64,000 nucleotides of DNA from assembly GCA_001776935.1 (NCBI GenBank), contig MFDN01000001.1, positions 101,449 through 165,448 on the forward strand, in the 5' to 3' direction. The stretch is from Candidatus Daviesbacteria bacterium RIFCSPLOWO2_01_FULL_39_23 (GTDB lineage Bacteria > Patescibacteriota > Microgenomatia > Daviesbacterales > UBA10151). The notes beneath the pieces were generated by a model. It was given only the letters and a program-made list of their open reading frames with translations, was not told the DNA's origin and ran no database searches. Shown here piece by piece: positions 48,411 through 57,895 of this stretch. The translations under genes were made by a program, and so were the position numbers. Within the stretch, counting starts at the first letter, position 1, and every line of letters starts with the position of its first letter.

Positions 48411-49330
48411 TTTGTCTGGTAATATTGATATGTTTTTGTCAGCCCTTCAATGATATCTGTTTTAGGAAACCAATTCAATATCTTCTTAGCTTTTTCAAAA
48501 TTGCAGGATATATGCATAATCTCATTGGGGGGATATGGTTTTGAGAATGAAATCAAGCTTTTTTTACCGCTAATTTTTTCCAGATGTCCCACGATTTCTT
48601 TTAGTTGGTATGTATTATTTGCGCCTATATTAAAAACTTCATATGACTTCAATTTATCTTTTGCAATAAAATTGATAGCTTGAAGGTAGGCATCTATGAT
48701 GTCTTCGACATAGGTAAAGCCCAATTTTTGCTCCCCATAAGTTAACTCCAGGGGTGTATTCGTGATTATAGACTTAATAATTAGAGGAATTACCTTTTTA
48801 TTATCCATTTCACCATAAGGGTAGGAAAGTTTTAATGTTAATCCGAGGATTTTTCCGTGAAGAATATAAAATTTAAATATGTCCTCAAATGCTACTTTTG
48901 TTGATGCGTAATAATTATAGGGATTTATGAAATCAGTTTCAGATAAAGGATTATTTGATAAGTTATATTCAAAACAGGTACCGGTATTGATAAAAGCTTT
49001 AGTTTTATATTGATCAGCCATCATAAGAAGAATTGAGGGATACGTAATATTTACTTCATTTATTTCCTGGGCATCTTGCCAGCTTTCGTCGGATTTAACA
49101 TATTTCATTGCAAGATGAATTATGAGATCAAATTTCTCATGAGCAAAAATATGAGACAGATCCTTAAAAGACTTCATTTCCAGAATATTAATTTTCTTCG
49201 CAATGGATTTTATTCTCCATAGATCCGAAGAATTGCGCTTAATAATGAAAATTTTGTGATTTGTGAGTATTAGTCTTTTTAAAAGATGACTGCCTACAAA
49301 TCCTGATCCGCCTGTAATTAGGATATTCAT
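48407..49330 (-). CDS. NAD-dependent epimerase/reductase (CDP-abequose/paratose synthase-like SDR)
   Basis: TGGSGFVG, FINTGTCFEY, YASTK, G.Q...F.YV.D. Confidence 0.7.
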   Translation of the reverse strand: MNILITGGSGFVGSHLLKRLILTNHKIFIIKRNSSDLWRIKSIAKKINILEMKSFKDLSHIFAHEKFDLIIHLAMKYVKSDESWQDAQEINEVNITYPSILLMMADQYKTKAFINTGTCFEYNLSNNPLSETDFINPYNYYASTKVAFEDIFKFYILHGKILGLTLKLSYPYGEMDNKKVIPLIIKSIITNTPLELTYGEQKLGFTYVEDIIDAYLQAINFIAKDKLKSYEVFNIGANNTYQLKEIVGHLEKISGKKSLISFSKPYPPNEIMHISCNFEKAKKILNWFPKTDIIEGLTKTYQYYQTK

Positions 49331-49336
49331 AATAAT

Positions 49337-50305
49337 TTAGTAAATTTGGTTGTAGTATTTATAGATACGGTGAATTGATGATTCTATATTCCATTTTGGT
49401 TTCCATCCCAATAATTTACTTGCTTTAGTATAGTTTAAAGACTGATAAGCTATTTCATTTTCGGCTTTATTCAAAATTACGCAATTTATCTTTTTGTTTA
49501 ATAATTTTTCAATTAAACTGATTAGCTCTAAAACCGATAATGTTTCTTTAGACCCGAAGTTAAAAGCCTGACCTTTAATTTTTTGCAGACTGGAGGCAAG
49601 CAGCAGATAACCCTCTACAACGTCTTTTACATAAATATAATCTCTCACATATTTGCCGTTACTTCTTAATTGCAAAGGTTCGTGTTTGACAATCGATGTC
49701 ATTATTCCCGGGAAGATTCTGGAAAAATTTAAATCACCTTCACCGTACACATTGCCGAATCTGCTTATCACAACAGGAATTTGGTAAGTTTTGAAATAGG
49801 CTTGGCAGATAAGATCTGCCGCTGATTTTGAAACTTCGTAAGGATGACTTCCTTCTAAGGCATCTTCTTCAGAATACTTTTTTTTGCATAACTGCCCGTA
49901 GGCTTTATCAGATGAGGCAACTATCAATCCTTTTATTTGCGGGTTTAATCTTGAGCACTCCAGTATATTAATAGTCCCTGTTATATTGGATTGGAAAGTT
50001 TGTAAAGGTTCTTTGTAGGCTACTTCAACTAAAGGTTGAGCAGCAAGGTGAAATATAAAGTTGATCCTAAATTTAGTTATCAGTTTCATTACTTCTTTAA
50101 AATTGCTTATGTCAACTTTTATTGGGGTTGTTTTTCTAGCCATATTATTGATGGAAAAATAAGATTTTTTATCAAGGCTTAAGTATGTGGTGATGATCTT
50201 ATTGTTATATTTAATAAGTTCTTCGATTAGATGAGATCCGATGAAGCCTGTTCCGCCTGTAACCAAAATATTTTTACCTGCCAGCATATTTACCATATTT
50301 TCCAA
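49337..50305 (-). CDS. rfbG: CDP-glucose 4,6-dehydratase-like SDR
   Basis: TGGTGFIG, FHLAAQPLV, SSDKAY, PYEVSK, RFGNVYG.GD...SR; directly downstream of rfbF. Confidence 0.7.
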   Translation of the reverse strand: MENMVNMLAGKNILVTGGTGFIGSHLIEELIKYNNKIITTYLSLDKKSYFSINNMARKTTPIKVDISNFKEVMKLITKFRINFIFHLAAQPLVEVAYKEPLQTFQSNITGTINILECSRLNPQIKGLIVASSDKAYGQLCKKKYSEEDALEGSHPYEVSKSAADLICQAYFKTYQIPVVISRFGNVYGEGDLNFSRIFPGIMTSIVKHEPLQLRSNGKYVRDYIYVKDVVEGYLLLASSLQKIKGQAFNFGSKETLSVLELISLIEKLLNKKINCVILNKAENEIAYQSLNYTKASKLLGWKPKWNIESSIHRIYKYYNQIY

Positions 50306-51063
50306 GGAGGATTATCTGTGTTCCAGATCTTATTTAATTCCTCTAATTCTTTATAGGTATCAATTGCATACCAAAAACCCTCGTGTAAGAATAAAGACAG
50401 CTGTTTTTCCTGAGTCAGTCGTTGTAATCCCTCATGTTCCATTTCGCCGGGTCTAATATAATCAAAGAATTTTCTTTCAAAAATCATAAAGCCCCCGCTT
50501 ATCCAATCATCCAGAATTGGTTTTTCAACAAACTTTTTAACTAAACCATTATTGTCAGATTGTATTAAGCCGTATTTTGATTTTGGATGAACTCCGGTAA
50601 TTGTACCGGTTGTCTTTTTCTTTTTGTGATGTTCTACTAATTTACCAATATTTATATCCGAAACTCCATCTCCGTATGTAACCATAAATGATTCATCTTC
50701 TGGAATATATTTTTTACACATCAATATCCGCTCCCCGATTAAAGTATTTACTCCGGTGTCAACAAAAGTTATTTTAAAATTATCAGCATCCTGTCTGCTA
50801 TTCAGATAATACTTAGCTTTATAATTTGAAGTTTGAAGGGTAAAATCCGAGGTGAAAGCTTTCTGATTTAGAAAGAATTCTTTAATGTAATCTGCCTTAT
50901 AACCAAGCGCCAGCACGAACTCGTTGTACCCATAATGGGCATAAATTTTCATGATATGCCATATAATTGGTTTATTACCGATATACACCATTGGTTTGGG
51001 TTTATATTCTGTTTCTTCTTTTAATCTTGTGCCGGTTCCGCCACAGAGGATAATAGTTTTCAT
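50290..51063 (-). CDS. rfbF: Glucose-1-phosphate cytidylyltransferase
   Basis: ILCGGTGTRLKEET..KPKPMV.IG..PI.WHIMKIY, VDTG..T, TYGDGVSD, H.GFW...DT. Confidence 0.92.
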   Translation of the reverse strand: MKTIILCGGTGTRLKEETEYKPKPMVYIGNKPIIWHIMKIYAHYGYNEFVLALGYKADYIKEFFLNQKAFTSDFTLQTSNYKAKYYLNSRQDADNFKITFVDTGVNTLIGERILMCKKYIPEDESFMVTYGDGVSDINIGKLVEHHKKKKTTGTITGVHPKSKYGLIQSDNNGLVKKFVEKPILDDWISGGFMIFERKFFDYIRPGEMEHEGLQRLTQEKQLSLFLHEGFWYAIDTYKELEELNKIWNTDNPPWKIW

Positions 51064-51124
51064 ATGGTTATATTATCATAATTTCTTATAACTGATATAC
51101 CTTTTAACTATAATTTTACTTTTT

Positions 51125-52162
51125 TTAATATGATTGGTATATATAAGACTGAATTTTATCAAACTCTCTGATGCTGTCTTTTCTTGAAAATGCGTGTTTT
51201 TTTAGGTTGTTTTTTCCGGAAGGAGGTAGGATAAGATTATAAACCTTTTTTGCAAAACCTAAGCTGTATTTATTTACTGCTCTTTGTATGCTCAGGAAAG
51301 ATATTCTAAGAAAAGGTATATACATAAACGAGTTAGCAAGGTATAAGTTTACAGCCAACAGAATTTTTTCTTTTGCTTCTGTTTGCGGGATTCTTTCTTT
51401 TTTTGCAAGGTGTTTTGCTATCACATCTAACCATACTCTATATTGTTTTGTGTATTTTGCCTTGCAGCAAATAACATCCAAATCATCGGTATAAGTACTG
51501 GCCGAGTTTGGTGTTTTCTCGCGGGCGCAATAAAAAATTGGTAAAGTTTTAGATTTACCGTTTATACATAAAATTATTGCCTGAAATATTTCTACCAGAT
51601 TATCATTTTTAATTTCGGGGTATTCTGCCAAATAATTAAAAACTTGTTTTATATCAGAAGTTTTTGTCACAGCGTATAGAAGTTGCATATAGCTTGATAG
51701 CAGTTGAGTCACTCTTTCTGAGGGTCTATTTGAGTTTATGTCCAAATCTACGCTGGCAAGATAAAAAGGGTATACGGAAATATTTTCTTTATTTCGGTTT
51801 TCAAAAAAAACATAATGCCCGTGAGCGGAAGAATAATCAGGATTGTCTTCTAAGAAATTGAGACATTTTTGAATAGCGTCGGGAATTACAAAATCATCAT
51901 CAGCGCAAAATAAAACGTATTCTGTTTTAACATGTTTATAAATTAACGGGAGTTTTTTTGCATAAGGATAATTTGGATAATGAAAATATTTAACATTCCT
52001 ATAATTTTTTACAAAAGGGAATGAAGCAGTTGTGGAATCGGCAACCAGTATAGGGAAAGCACAATTCGAATAATAGTCAAGCAACCTTTTAAGCTGTCGG
52101 TGTCGATTATAAGTTGGAATAAGTATGGTTACGTTTCCAGATATTTTTTTCTTCTTAGGCAT
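51125..52162 (-). CDS. GT2-like glycosyltransferase (TIGR00180-type)
   Basis: ILIPTYNRH, VADST, FCADDDF, FL..NPDYS.AHG. Confidence 0.7.
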   Translation of the reverse strand: MPKKKKISGNVTILIPTYNRHRQLKRLLDYYSNCAFPILVADSTTASFPFVKNYRNVKYFHYPNYPYAKKLPLIYKHVKTEYVLFCADDDFVIPDAIQKCLNFLEDNPDYSSAHGHYVFFENRNKENISVYPFYLASVDLDINSNRPSERVTQLLSSYMQLLYAVTKTSDIKQVFNYLAEYPEIKNDNLVEIFQAIILCINGKSKTLPIFYCAREKTPNSASTYTDDLDVICCKAKYTKQYRVWLDVIAKHLAKKERIPQTEAKEKILLAVNLYLANSFMYIPFLRISFLSIQRAVNKYSLGFAKKVYNLILPPSGKNNLKKHAFSRKDSIREFDKIQSYIYQSY

Positions 52163-53129
52163 GATAGCCCTCCAAAATTTTTTTGTAAAAATTTAGATTG
52201 CCGGCTTGTTCTGCAATAGTGCAAAGGAGGGTTATCTTTGCAGTGTAGTTTTGTTTGCTGTCCAAAAAGGCTTTTACCTGTTTATAAAGCCCCGGTTTAA
52301 AATCAATATCTACCTGGTTATCAAGGCTTACTTCCGAAATCTCAAAACTACCTTTCTTTTGCACCTGCAGCTTCTCAAGAGGTTTCAATATCAGTCGCTT
52401 ATTTTTTGTAAGTATTTCAATACCCCATCTGCCCGGGGCTTCCCAGTTTGCCTGATATGAAAATATTGCGTTATTTTCAGTAATACCGGCTCCGGCAAAA
52501 ACAGATGCTTTAGGATGCCAAGGTAGTCTGCCTTTTATATAAGCAGAGAATATTTTTGGTTGTCCTCCTAGAAAAAATGCCAAGTCGATTACGTGTGAGG
52601 AATTATGCATAAGCCAGTTTTCTTTAACGCCTGGAGCCTTTTTTAAAGGGGTGATTCTGTCGGCAATTTCCGTAAATTCAAAGTGTAAAGATAATACGCC
52701 TCCATCTTTTTTTATTATCTCCCTTGCTTCTGCAACTGAGGAGTAGAAGCGTCTATTATAAGCAACGAAAATTTTTGTTTTGGAGACCCCGGCTTTTGTT
52801 GCGACTGTTTTGATGTCTTCAAAACTTGAGCCGCCCGGCTTCTCAATCAGTATAGATTTTACGCCATATTGTATCAGTTTGATTGCGACAGTACCTAGCT
52901 GGTCTTCGCTGACTGCAATTATTGCTTCTTGAATTGGGAAATTGTTTTTAGACAAATAGTCTTCCAGCCCACCGATAGAAGGCTTTATGCCAGTTGTTTT
53001 TTCAAATTGCGTTGCTGATTGTTTGCCCCGTCCGACTACGACAAATTCTTTTCGTAACTTTTTTAGGACTTTGGCATATTCAATGGCCATTGGTCCGGCT
53101 CCTGCCAGCAAAATCGTTTGCTTGTTCAT
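52155..53129 (-). CDS. Gfo/Idh/MocA oxidoreductase
   Basis: GAGPMA, LIEKPG, AYNRRFY, NSSHVIDLAF, FKPGLY. Confidence 0.8.
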   Translation of the reverse strand: MNKQTILLAGAGPMAIEYAKVLKKLRKEFVVVGRGKQSATQFEKTTGIKPSIGGLEDYLSKNNFPIQEAIIAVSEDQLGTVAIKLIQYGVKSILIEKPGGSSFEDIKTVATKAGVSKTKIFVAYNRRFYSSVAEAREIIKKDGGVLSLHFEFTEIADRITPLKKAPGVKENWLMHNSSHVIDLAFFLGGQPKIFSAYIKGRLPWHPKASVFAGAGITENNAIFSYQANWEAPGRWGIEILTKNKRLILKPLEKLQVQKKGSFEISEVSLDNQVDIDFKPGLYKQVKAFLDSKQNYTAKITLLCTIAEQAGNLNFYKKILEGYHA

Positions 53130-53133
53130 AATT

Positions 53134-54105
53134 TTATGTAAACGGATAGAGTGTGAATTTTTTAGCTGCTGATTTATTTAGAAATTTATGCAATTGATTA
53201 AGCAGTGTTAAGTGAATCTTTGAGGCTTCATCGTAAGAAGCAAGACCGCATGTTCCGTTTTTAAATATTTTCTCAGCCACGATATTTGTTAATCCGCTTT
53301 GGAAGGGGAGATTGGTTTCTGTTTCAGTCCATTTCCAGCCATTTTTCGATTGGGATATCCATGCTTTCTTTTCTGATTCCTTTGAAATGCATCGGTAGGT
53401 TTCGGATAAGACTTCAATTATATAAGGACTATCCCCCGAAGGATAACAGGTGAGTGATCCAAAGCTGCCGTTTTTAAAATGGATATTAAGGGTTCCGATT
53501 AATTCTAAAAATCCCGGCCGTTTACTTTCTATTGGTTTTGAATTAAGGCCTTTTGTATCAATCGTAAAATCATAGCAATCGGTCAAAAAGGCTATAAAAT
53601 CAATAAAATGAACAGCATTGGTAACAAGTCCCCATTGGCTTCCGGAAACGATTAAATGGATTTTTTTACTTCTTAATTGTTCTTTAATCTTTTGATAGAA
53701 GGGCATAATTCTCATGCTGAAATTAACCCATGCTTTAATTTTTTTCTTTTTTATTTGTTTTTTTATAGCTTTGTAGTCTTGGGCTTTTTGAAAAAGGATT
53801 TTTTCCAGTATTAAATATTTAACAGTGGAATTTTTCAATAATTCTTCCGTCACTTTTCTTCTGACATTTGAAGACGTTGCAATTATTGCCAGATCTATAT
53901 TTTTAGGTAAATCTTCCATTGTCTGCAAAAAATTTATTTCGTGGTTTAAAGAAGATGGAATTTGATCATAACGCTGACGGGCTGTTGATAAAGACTCTGC
54001 AGAAGGGTCAAAGACCGTGATTGAAAGCGGGGAAGTAATTTTTTTTAAACCCTGCAAATGTCTTGAGCCAATATTACCAGCCCCAATAATGCAAATTCTT
54101 TTCAT
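53134..54105 (-). CDS. Gfo/Idh/MocA oxidoreductase
   Basis: IGAGNIGSRHLQ, IIAT.S..R, LEKILFQ, WGL..N..HFID. Confidence 0.8.
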   Translation of the reverse strand: MKRICIIGAGNIGSRHLQGLKKITSPLSITVFDPSAESLSTARQRYDQIPSSLNHEINFLQTMEDLPKNIDLAIIATSSNVRRKVTEELLKNSTVKYLILEKILFQKAQDYKAIKKQIKKKKIKAWVNFSMRIMPFYQKIKEQLRSKKIHLIVSGSQWGLVTNAVHFIDFIAFLTDCYDFTIDTKGLNSKPIESKRPGFLELIGTLNIHFKNGSFGSLTCYPSGDSPYIIEVLSETYRCISKESEKKAWISQSKNGWKWTETETNLPFQSGLTNIVAEKIFKNGTCGLASYDEASKIHLTLLNQLHKFLNKSAAKKFTLYPFT

Positions 54106-54192
54106 AACGACAGTATATCGTAATTATTAATGTTTGCAAGATTACACTTGCTTCTTGTAACGCAAGCGTTATAATAAAATTTAAATCTTAAG

Positions 54193-55272
54193 ATGAGTAA
54201 ACAGAAAAATTCATTACCCCCGATTATTTTAGATGATGTGCAGCAAATCTGTACAAATGCAGCTTGGGCGTTAAAACGTCTGGAAGGAAAGACTATTTTA
54301 ATTGCTGGAGCTGCAGGTTTTCTGCCCAGTTATTTTGTGCATACACTAGCTTATGCAAACCTGGAAATGCTTAAGCGCCCCTGTAAAGTTATATGCCTCG
54401 ATAATTTTCGTACAGGAAAAGCAGAAAGACTGCTCCCCTGGAAGGGACATAAAAATATCAAATTTCTGACAAAAGATATCATTAAGCCGTTAAACATAAA
54501 AGATGACATTGATTACATTATACATGGTGCAAGCATTGCTTCTCCTGTCTGGTATCGTAAATTCCCCCTGGAAACAATAGATGCTAATGTGATTGGAACA
54601 CGAAGACTGCTTGATCTAGCCCGGGTACAAAAATCAGCGGGTTTTTTATACCTTTCATCAAGCGAGATTTATGGCGATCCGCTCAAACAATTTATTCCCA
54701 CGTCTGAAGACTATTGGGGGAATGTATCTTCTACGGGTCCCAGGGCATGTTATGATGAATCAAAGCGTTTGGCAGAAACATTGTGTATGACATATTATCG
54801 GCAATTTGATGTGCCGGTTAAAATAATAAGACCTTTTAATGTATATGGACCGGGGTTGCGTTTAGACGATGGACGGGTAGTACCGGATTTTATTAAAAAT
54901 GCACTTGAGAAAAAAACAATTACAATTTTTAGTAATGGTAAGGTGACCCGCAGTTTTTGTTATGTTACCGATGCTATAAGTGCAATGATTATGTTATTAA
55001 CCAACGATAAAGCAGACGGAGAAGCGTTTAATGTTGGCAATGATGAAGAAGTAACTATCTTTAAGCTGGCTAAAACAGTTGATGAAGTTGTCGGCAACAA
55101 AGAAGGAGTTAATTTTGTGGAAAATTCGGACAAAGCTTATCTTAAAGATAATCCGCAGAGACGTGTTCCAAATCTTGGTAAAATCCAAAAAACAATCGAC
55201 TGGACTCCAAGAATTCCTCTTGCCGAAGGCCTAAGGCGCACAATTTGTTTTTACAAAGGAGATAAAGAATGA
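54193..55272 (+). CDS. UDP-glucuronate decarboxylase-like SDR (second copy)
   Basis: GAAGFL, DNFRTG, HGASIASP, SSSEIYGDP, GPRACYDESKR, RPFNVYGP, PQRR.P. Confidence 0.8.
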   Translation: MSKQKNSLPPIILDDVQQICTNAAWALKRLEGKTILIAGAAGFLPSYFVHTLAYANLEMLKRPCKVICLDNFRTGKAERLLPWKGHKNIKFLTKDIIKPLNIKDDIDYIIHGASIASPVWYRKFPLETIDANVIGTRRLLDLARVQKSAGFLYLSSSEIYGDPLKQFIPTSEDYWGNVSSTGPRACYDESKRLAETLCMTYYRQFDVPVKIIRPFNVYGPGLRLDDGRVVPDFIKNALEKKTITIFSNGKVTRSFCYVTDAISAMIMLLTNDKADGEAFNVGNDEEVTIFKLAKTVDEVVGNKEGVNFVENSDKAYLKDNPQRRVPNLGKIQKTIDWTPRIPLAEGLRRTICFYKGDKE

Positions 55273-56624
55273 AAGTAGGAATAATTGGTTGTGGATATGT
55301 GGGGCTGGTCACAGGAGTGGGTTTTGCCTTAAAAGGTCACAAGGTTACCTCTGTGGAGATAGATAAGTCCAGGGTTGGGCAGCTTACAAAAGGGATTGTC
55401 CCTTTTCATGAGCCGGGAGTTCAAAAGGGACTAAAGTCAGTTTTAAAACAGGGTAATATAAGGATTTCCAGCTCAATGGATGATATAGCAGATTGCGAGG
55501 TAATCTTAATTTGTGTTCAGACGCCCCCGCAGCCGGATGGAGTTATTAATTTACAAATACTTGAATCAGCTACCCGTAATCTTGTATCCGTATTGGAGCA
55601 GAGCCCACGTTTGCGGACAGTAGTTGTTCGCAGTACAGTTATTCCCGGTACCACAGATAAGCTTGTGGCTCCTATTTTGCAAGGTAACTCTTCAGCGCTT
55701 GCTAAAAAAACAGCAATAGCGTTTAATCCGGAATTTCTCAGGGAAGGATCTGCGTTACAGGATTTTCTGAATCCGGACCGGATAGTAATAGGGACAAAAT
55801 CGGGTATGGCAAAAAAGATGCTCAAAAAACTCTTTTTGCCGTTTAAGGCCTCTATTGTCTGGACTACTCCTTCTACAGCCGAACTTGCCAAGTATGCCTC
55901 CAATACATTGTTAGCGACTCTTATTTCTTTTTCAAATGAAATAGCCAGAGTATGCGAACGAACACCTGACACTGATGTTGAAGATGTGTTGGGAGTGGTA
56001 CATCGGGATCGGCGGTTCAGTTTTCCTGAGGGTAAAGGTTCATTAACGGCAGGTATTCTTTCTTATCTAAAGGCAGGTTGTGGATTTGGAGGAAGTTGTT
56101 TGCCAAAAGATTTGTCTGCGCTTATTGCTTACGCGCGCTCGGTAGATCAGGAAACCCCTCTTTTACAGGCAGTTGCAACAGTAAATGTCGGGCAATCTCT
56201 TAGGATTATAGATATGGTTTCAAAGGCTCTCGGAGGATTAGAAAAGCGCAAGGTTGCTGTATTGGGAGTAGCCTTCAAGGGTGGAACCGATGACTTACGT
56301 GAATCGCCGGGTTTGCGGATAGTAGATGCATTATTAAGTAAACAGGCTCAGGTTTTTATATACGATCCATTAGTAAAACCGGTTGCACTTGAAGGATATA
56401 AAAATAAAAGAGTTACTATTGCATCGAAATTGATGGAAGCTTTGCAATACGCAGATGCCTGTATTGTAACATCGAACTCTCCCGAATTTAAAACACTTAG
56501 GCGTTGGATGAAGCAAGAAAAAAATAATCATAAAGTTATCATTGACGGGCGCCGTATCCTAAAAGTATCAGGGGATTTGGAGAGTAATTACTACGCAATA
56601 GGAAGGGCGAGAAAGCCGGTATAA
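55269..56624 (+). CDS. ugd: UDP-glucose/GDP-mannose 6-dehydrogenase family protein
   Basis: GCGYVG, CVQTP, RSTVIPG, NPEFLREG, AELAKY, GFGGSCLPKD (catalytic Cys), FK.GTDDLRESP. Confidence 0.88.
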   Translation: MKVGIIGCGYVGLVTGVGFALKGHKVTSVEIDKSRVGQLTKGIVPFHEPGVQKGLKSVLKQGNIRISSSMDDIADCEVILICVQTPPQPDGVINLQILESATRNLVSVLEQSPRLRTVVVRSTVIPGTTDKLVAPILQGNSSALAKKTAIAFNPEFLREGSALQDFLNPDRIVIGTKSGMAKKMLKKLFLPFKASIVWTTPSTAELAKYASNTLLATLISFSNEIARVCERTPDTDVEDVLGVVHRDRRFSFPEGKGSLTAGILSYLKAGCGFGGSCLPKDLSALIAYARSVDQETPLLQAVATVNVGQSLRIIDMVSKALGGLEKRKVAVLGVAFKGGTDDLRESPGLRIVDALLSKQAQVFIYDPLVKPVALEGYKNKRVTIASKLMEALQYADACIVTSNSPEFKTLRRWMKQEKNNHKVIIDGRRILKVSGDLESNYYAIGRARKPV

Positions 56625-56632
56625 GTGATGGG

Positions 56633-56661
56633 TTTACAATTATTGAGTATCATTGTATACT
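56633..56661 (+). promoter_or_regulatory. sigma70-type promoter TTTACA-N17-TATACT
   Basis: TTTACA 56633-38, 17-nt spacer, TATACT 56656-61, ATG 10 nt downstream. Confidence 0.55.
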
Positions 56662-56671
56662 TTTTCCCAAT

Positions 56672-57895
56672 ATGAAGAGTTCCGCTTCCGACAAAAAAGA
56701 CTCATTAAGACTTACTACCGCCATAGCGTTACATGGCAAAGAGGAGGAAGAAAGAGTGCTTAAAGTATTAAGAGAACACAGAACAATAATGGGTCGGGAG
56801 ATTGAGGAATTCGAGAGAAGGCTTGCAAAGATCTTTGAAAAAGAATACGGCATTATGGTAAATTCCGGATCTTCTGCAAACCTTCTGGCTATAGAACTTT
56901 TAAATCTTCCGCCTGGGACTGAAGTCATTACCCCTATTTTGACTTTTTCTACAACAGTTGCCCCCCTTATTCAAAAGGGACTGGTTCCTGTCTTTGTTGA
57001 TGTGCTGGACGGGAAGTATGTTATAGATGCAGATAAGGTGGAAGCTGCAATTAGTAAAAAAACAAAAGCATTAATGGTCCCTATCCTAATGGGGAATGTT
57101 CCGAATCTGGAAAAATTACAAAAAATAGCTAAGAAACACAACCTTTATTATATAGATGATTCCTGTGATGCAATTACGTCACTTTATAAAGGAAAATCCT
57201 CAGGGGCTTACTCCGACATTTCGACAACAAGTGTATATGGTTCACATGTCATTACTGCAGGCGGTAATGGAGGTGTGGTGATGGTAAACAAGGAAGAATT
57301 GAGGGATAAGGCTAAGGTTTTAAGGGGGTGGGGGAGAAGTTCAGCGATTTTCTCTGAATCGGAAAAAATTGAATACCGTTTCTCCAGCAAAATTGGCAAT
57401 ATTCCTTATGATGGAAAATATATTTTCGAAGAAATAGGATATAATTTTCTCCCCATGGAACTAGGAGCTGCATTTGGCAATGCCCAGCTTGATAAGCTCA
57501 AATTGTTTATAAAAATAAGAGAAAGAAATGCAAAGATATTAAGTAAATTGTTTGGTCAGTATCCTGATTTATTTATTGTGCCGATAGAAGACGAACAGGC
57601 AAGACCGCAGCGCCAGGTTTTTCCTGTAACGATTAAAAAAGGCGCTCCGTTTACCAGACTTGAATTGGTGACTTTCTTGGAAAAAGAAAATGTGCAGACA
57701 AGACCAATCTTTACAGGCAATATCTTAAAACAGCCCGGATTTAAAAATATTACCCACCGCGATACCCAAAAGGATTACGAGGTGACAGATAATATTATGG
57801 AACGCGGATTCATTATAGGAGTTCATCAGGGATTAACTTTAGATCATTTAGACAAGTTGAGTAATTTGCTTCATAAATTCATCAAGCAATTTTAA
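56672..57895 (+). CDS. DegT-family PLP enzyme, RfbH/ColD-like NDP-4-keto-6-deoxyhexose 3-dehydratase
   Basis: VNSGSSANL, TFSTTVAP, DSCDA, SVYGSHVIT (His at the usual Lys position), R.WGR, YD.KY....GYN, TRP.F.GN. Confidence 0.75.
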   Translation: MKSSASDKKDSLRLTTAIALHGKEEEERVLKVLREHRTIMGREIEEFERRLAKIFEKEYGIMVNSGSSANLLAIELLNLPPGTEVITPILTFSTTVAPLIQKGLVPVFVDVLDGKYVIDADKVEAAISKKTKALMVPILMGNVPNLEKLQKIAKKHNLYYIDDSCDAITSLYKGKSSGAYSDISTTSVYGSHVITAGGNGGVVMVNKEELRDKAKVLRGWGRSSAIFSESEKIEYRFSSKIGNIPYDGKYIFEEIGYNFLPMELGAAFGNAQLDKLKLFIKIRERNAKILSKLFGQYPDLFIVPIEDEQARPQRQVFPVTIKKGAPFTRLELVTFLEKENVQTRPIFTGNILKQPGFKNITHRDTQKDYEVTDNIMERGFIIGVHQGLTLDHLDKLSNLLHKFIKQF

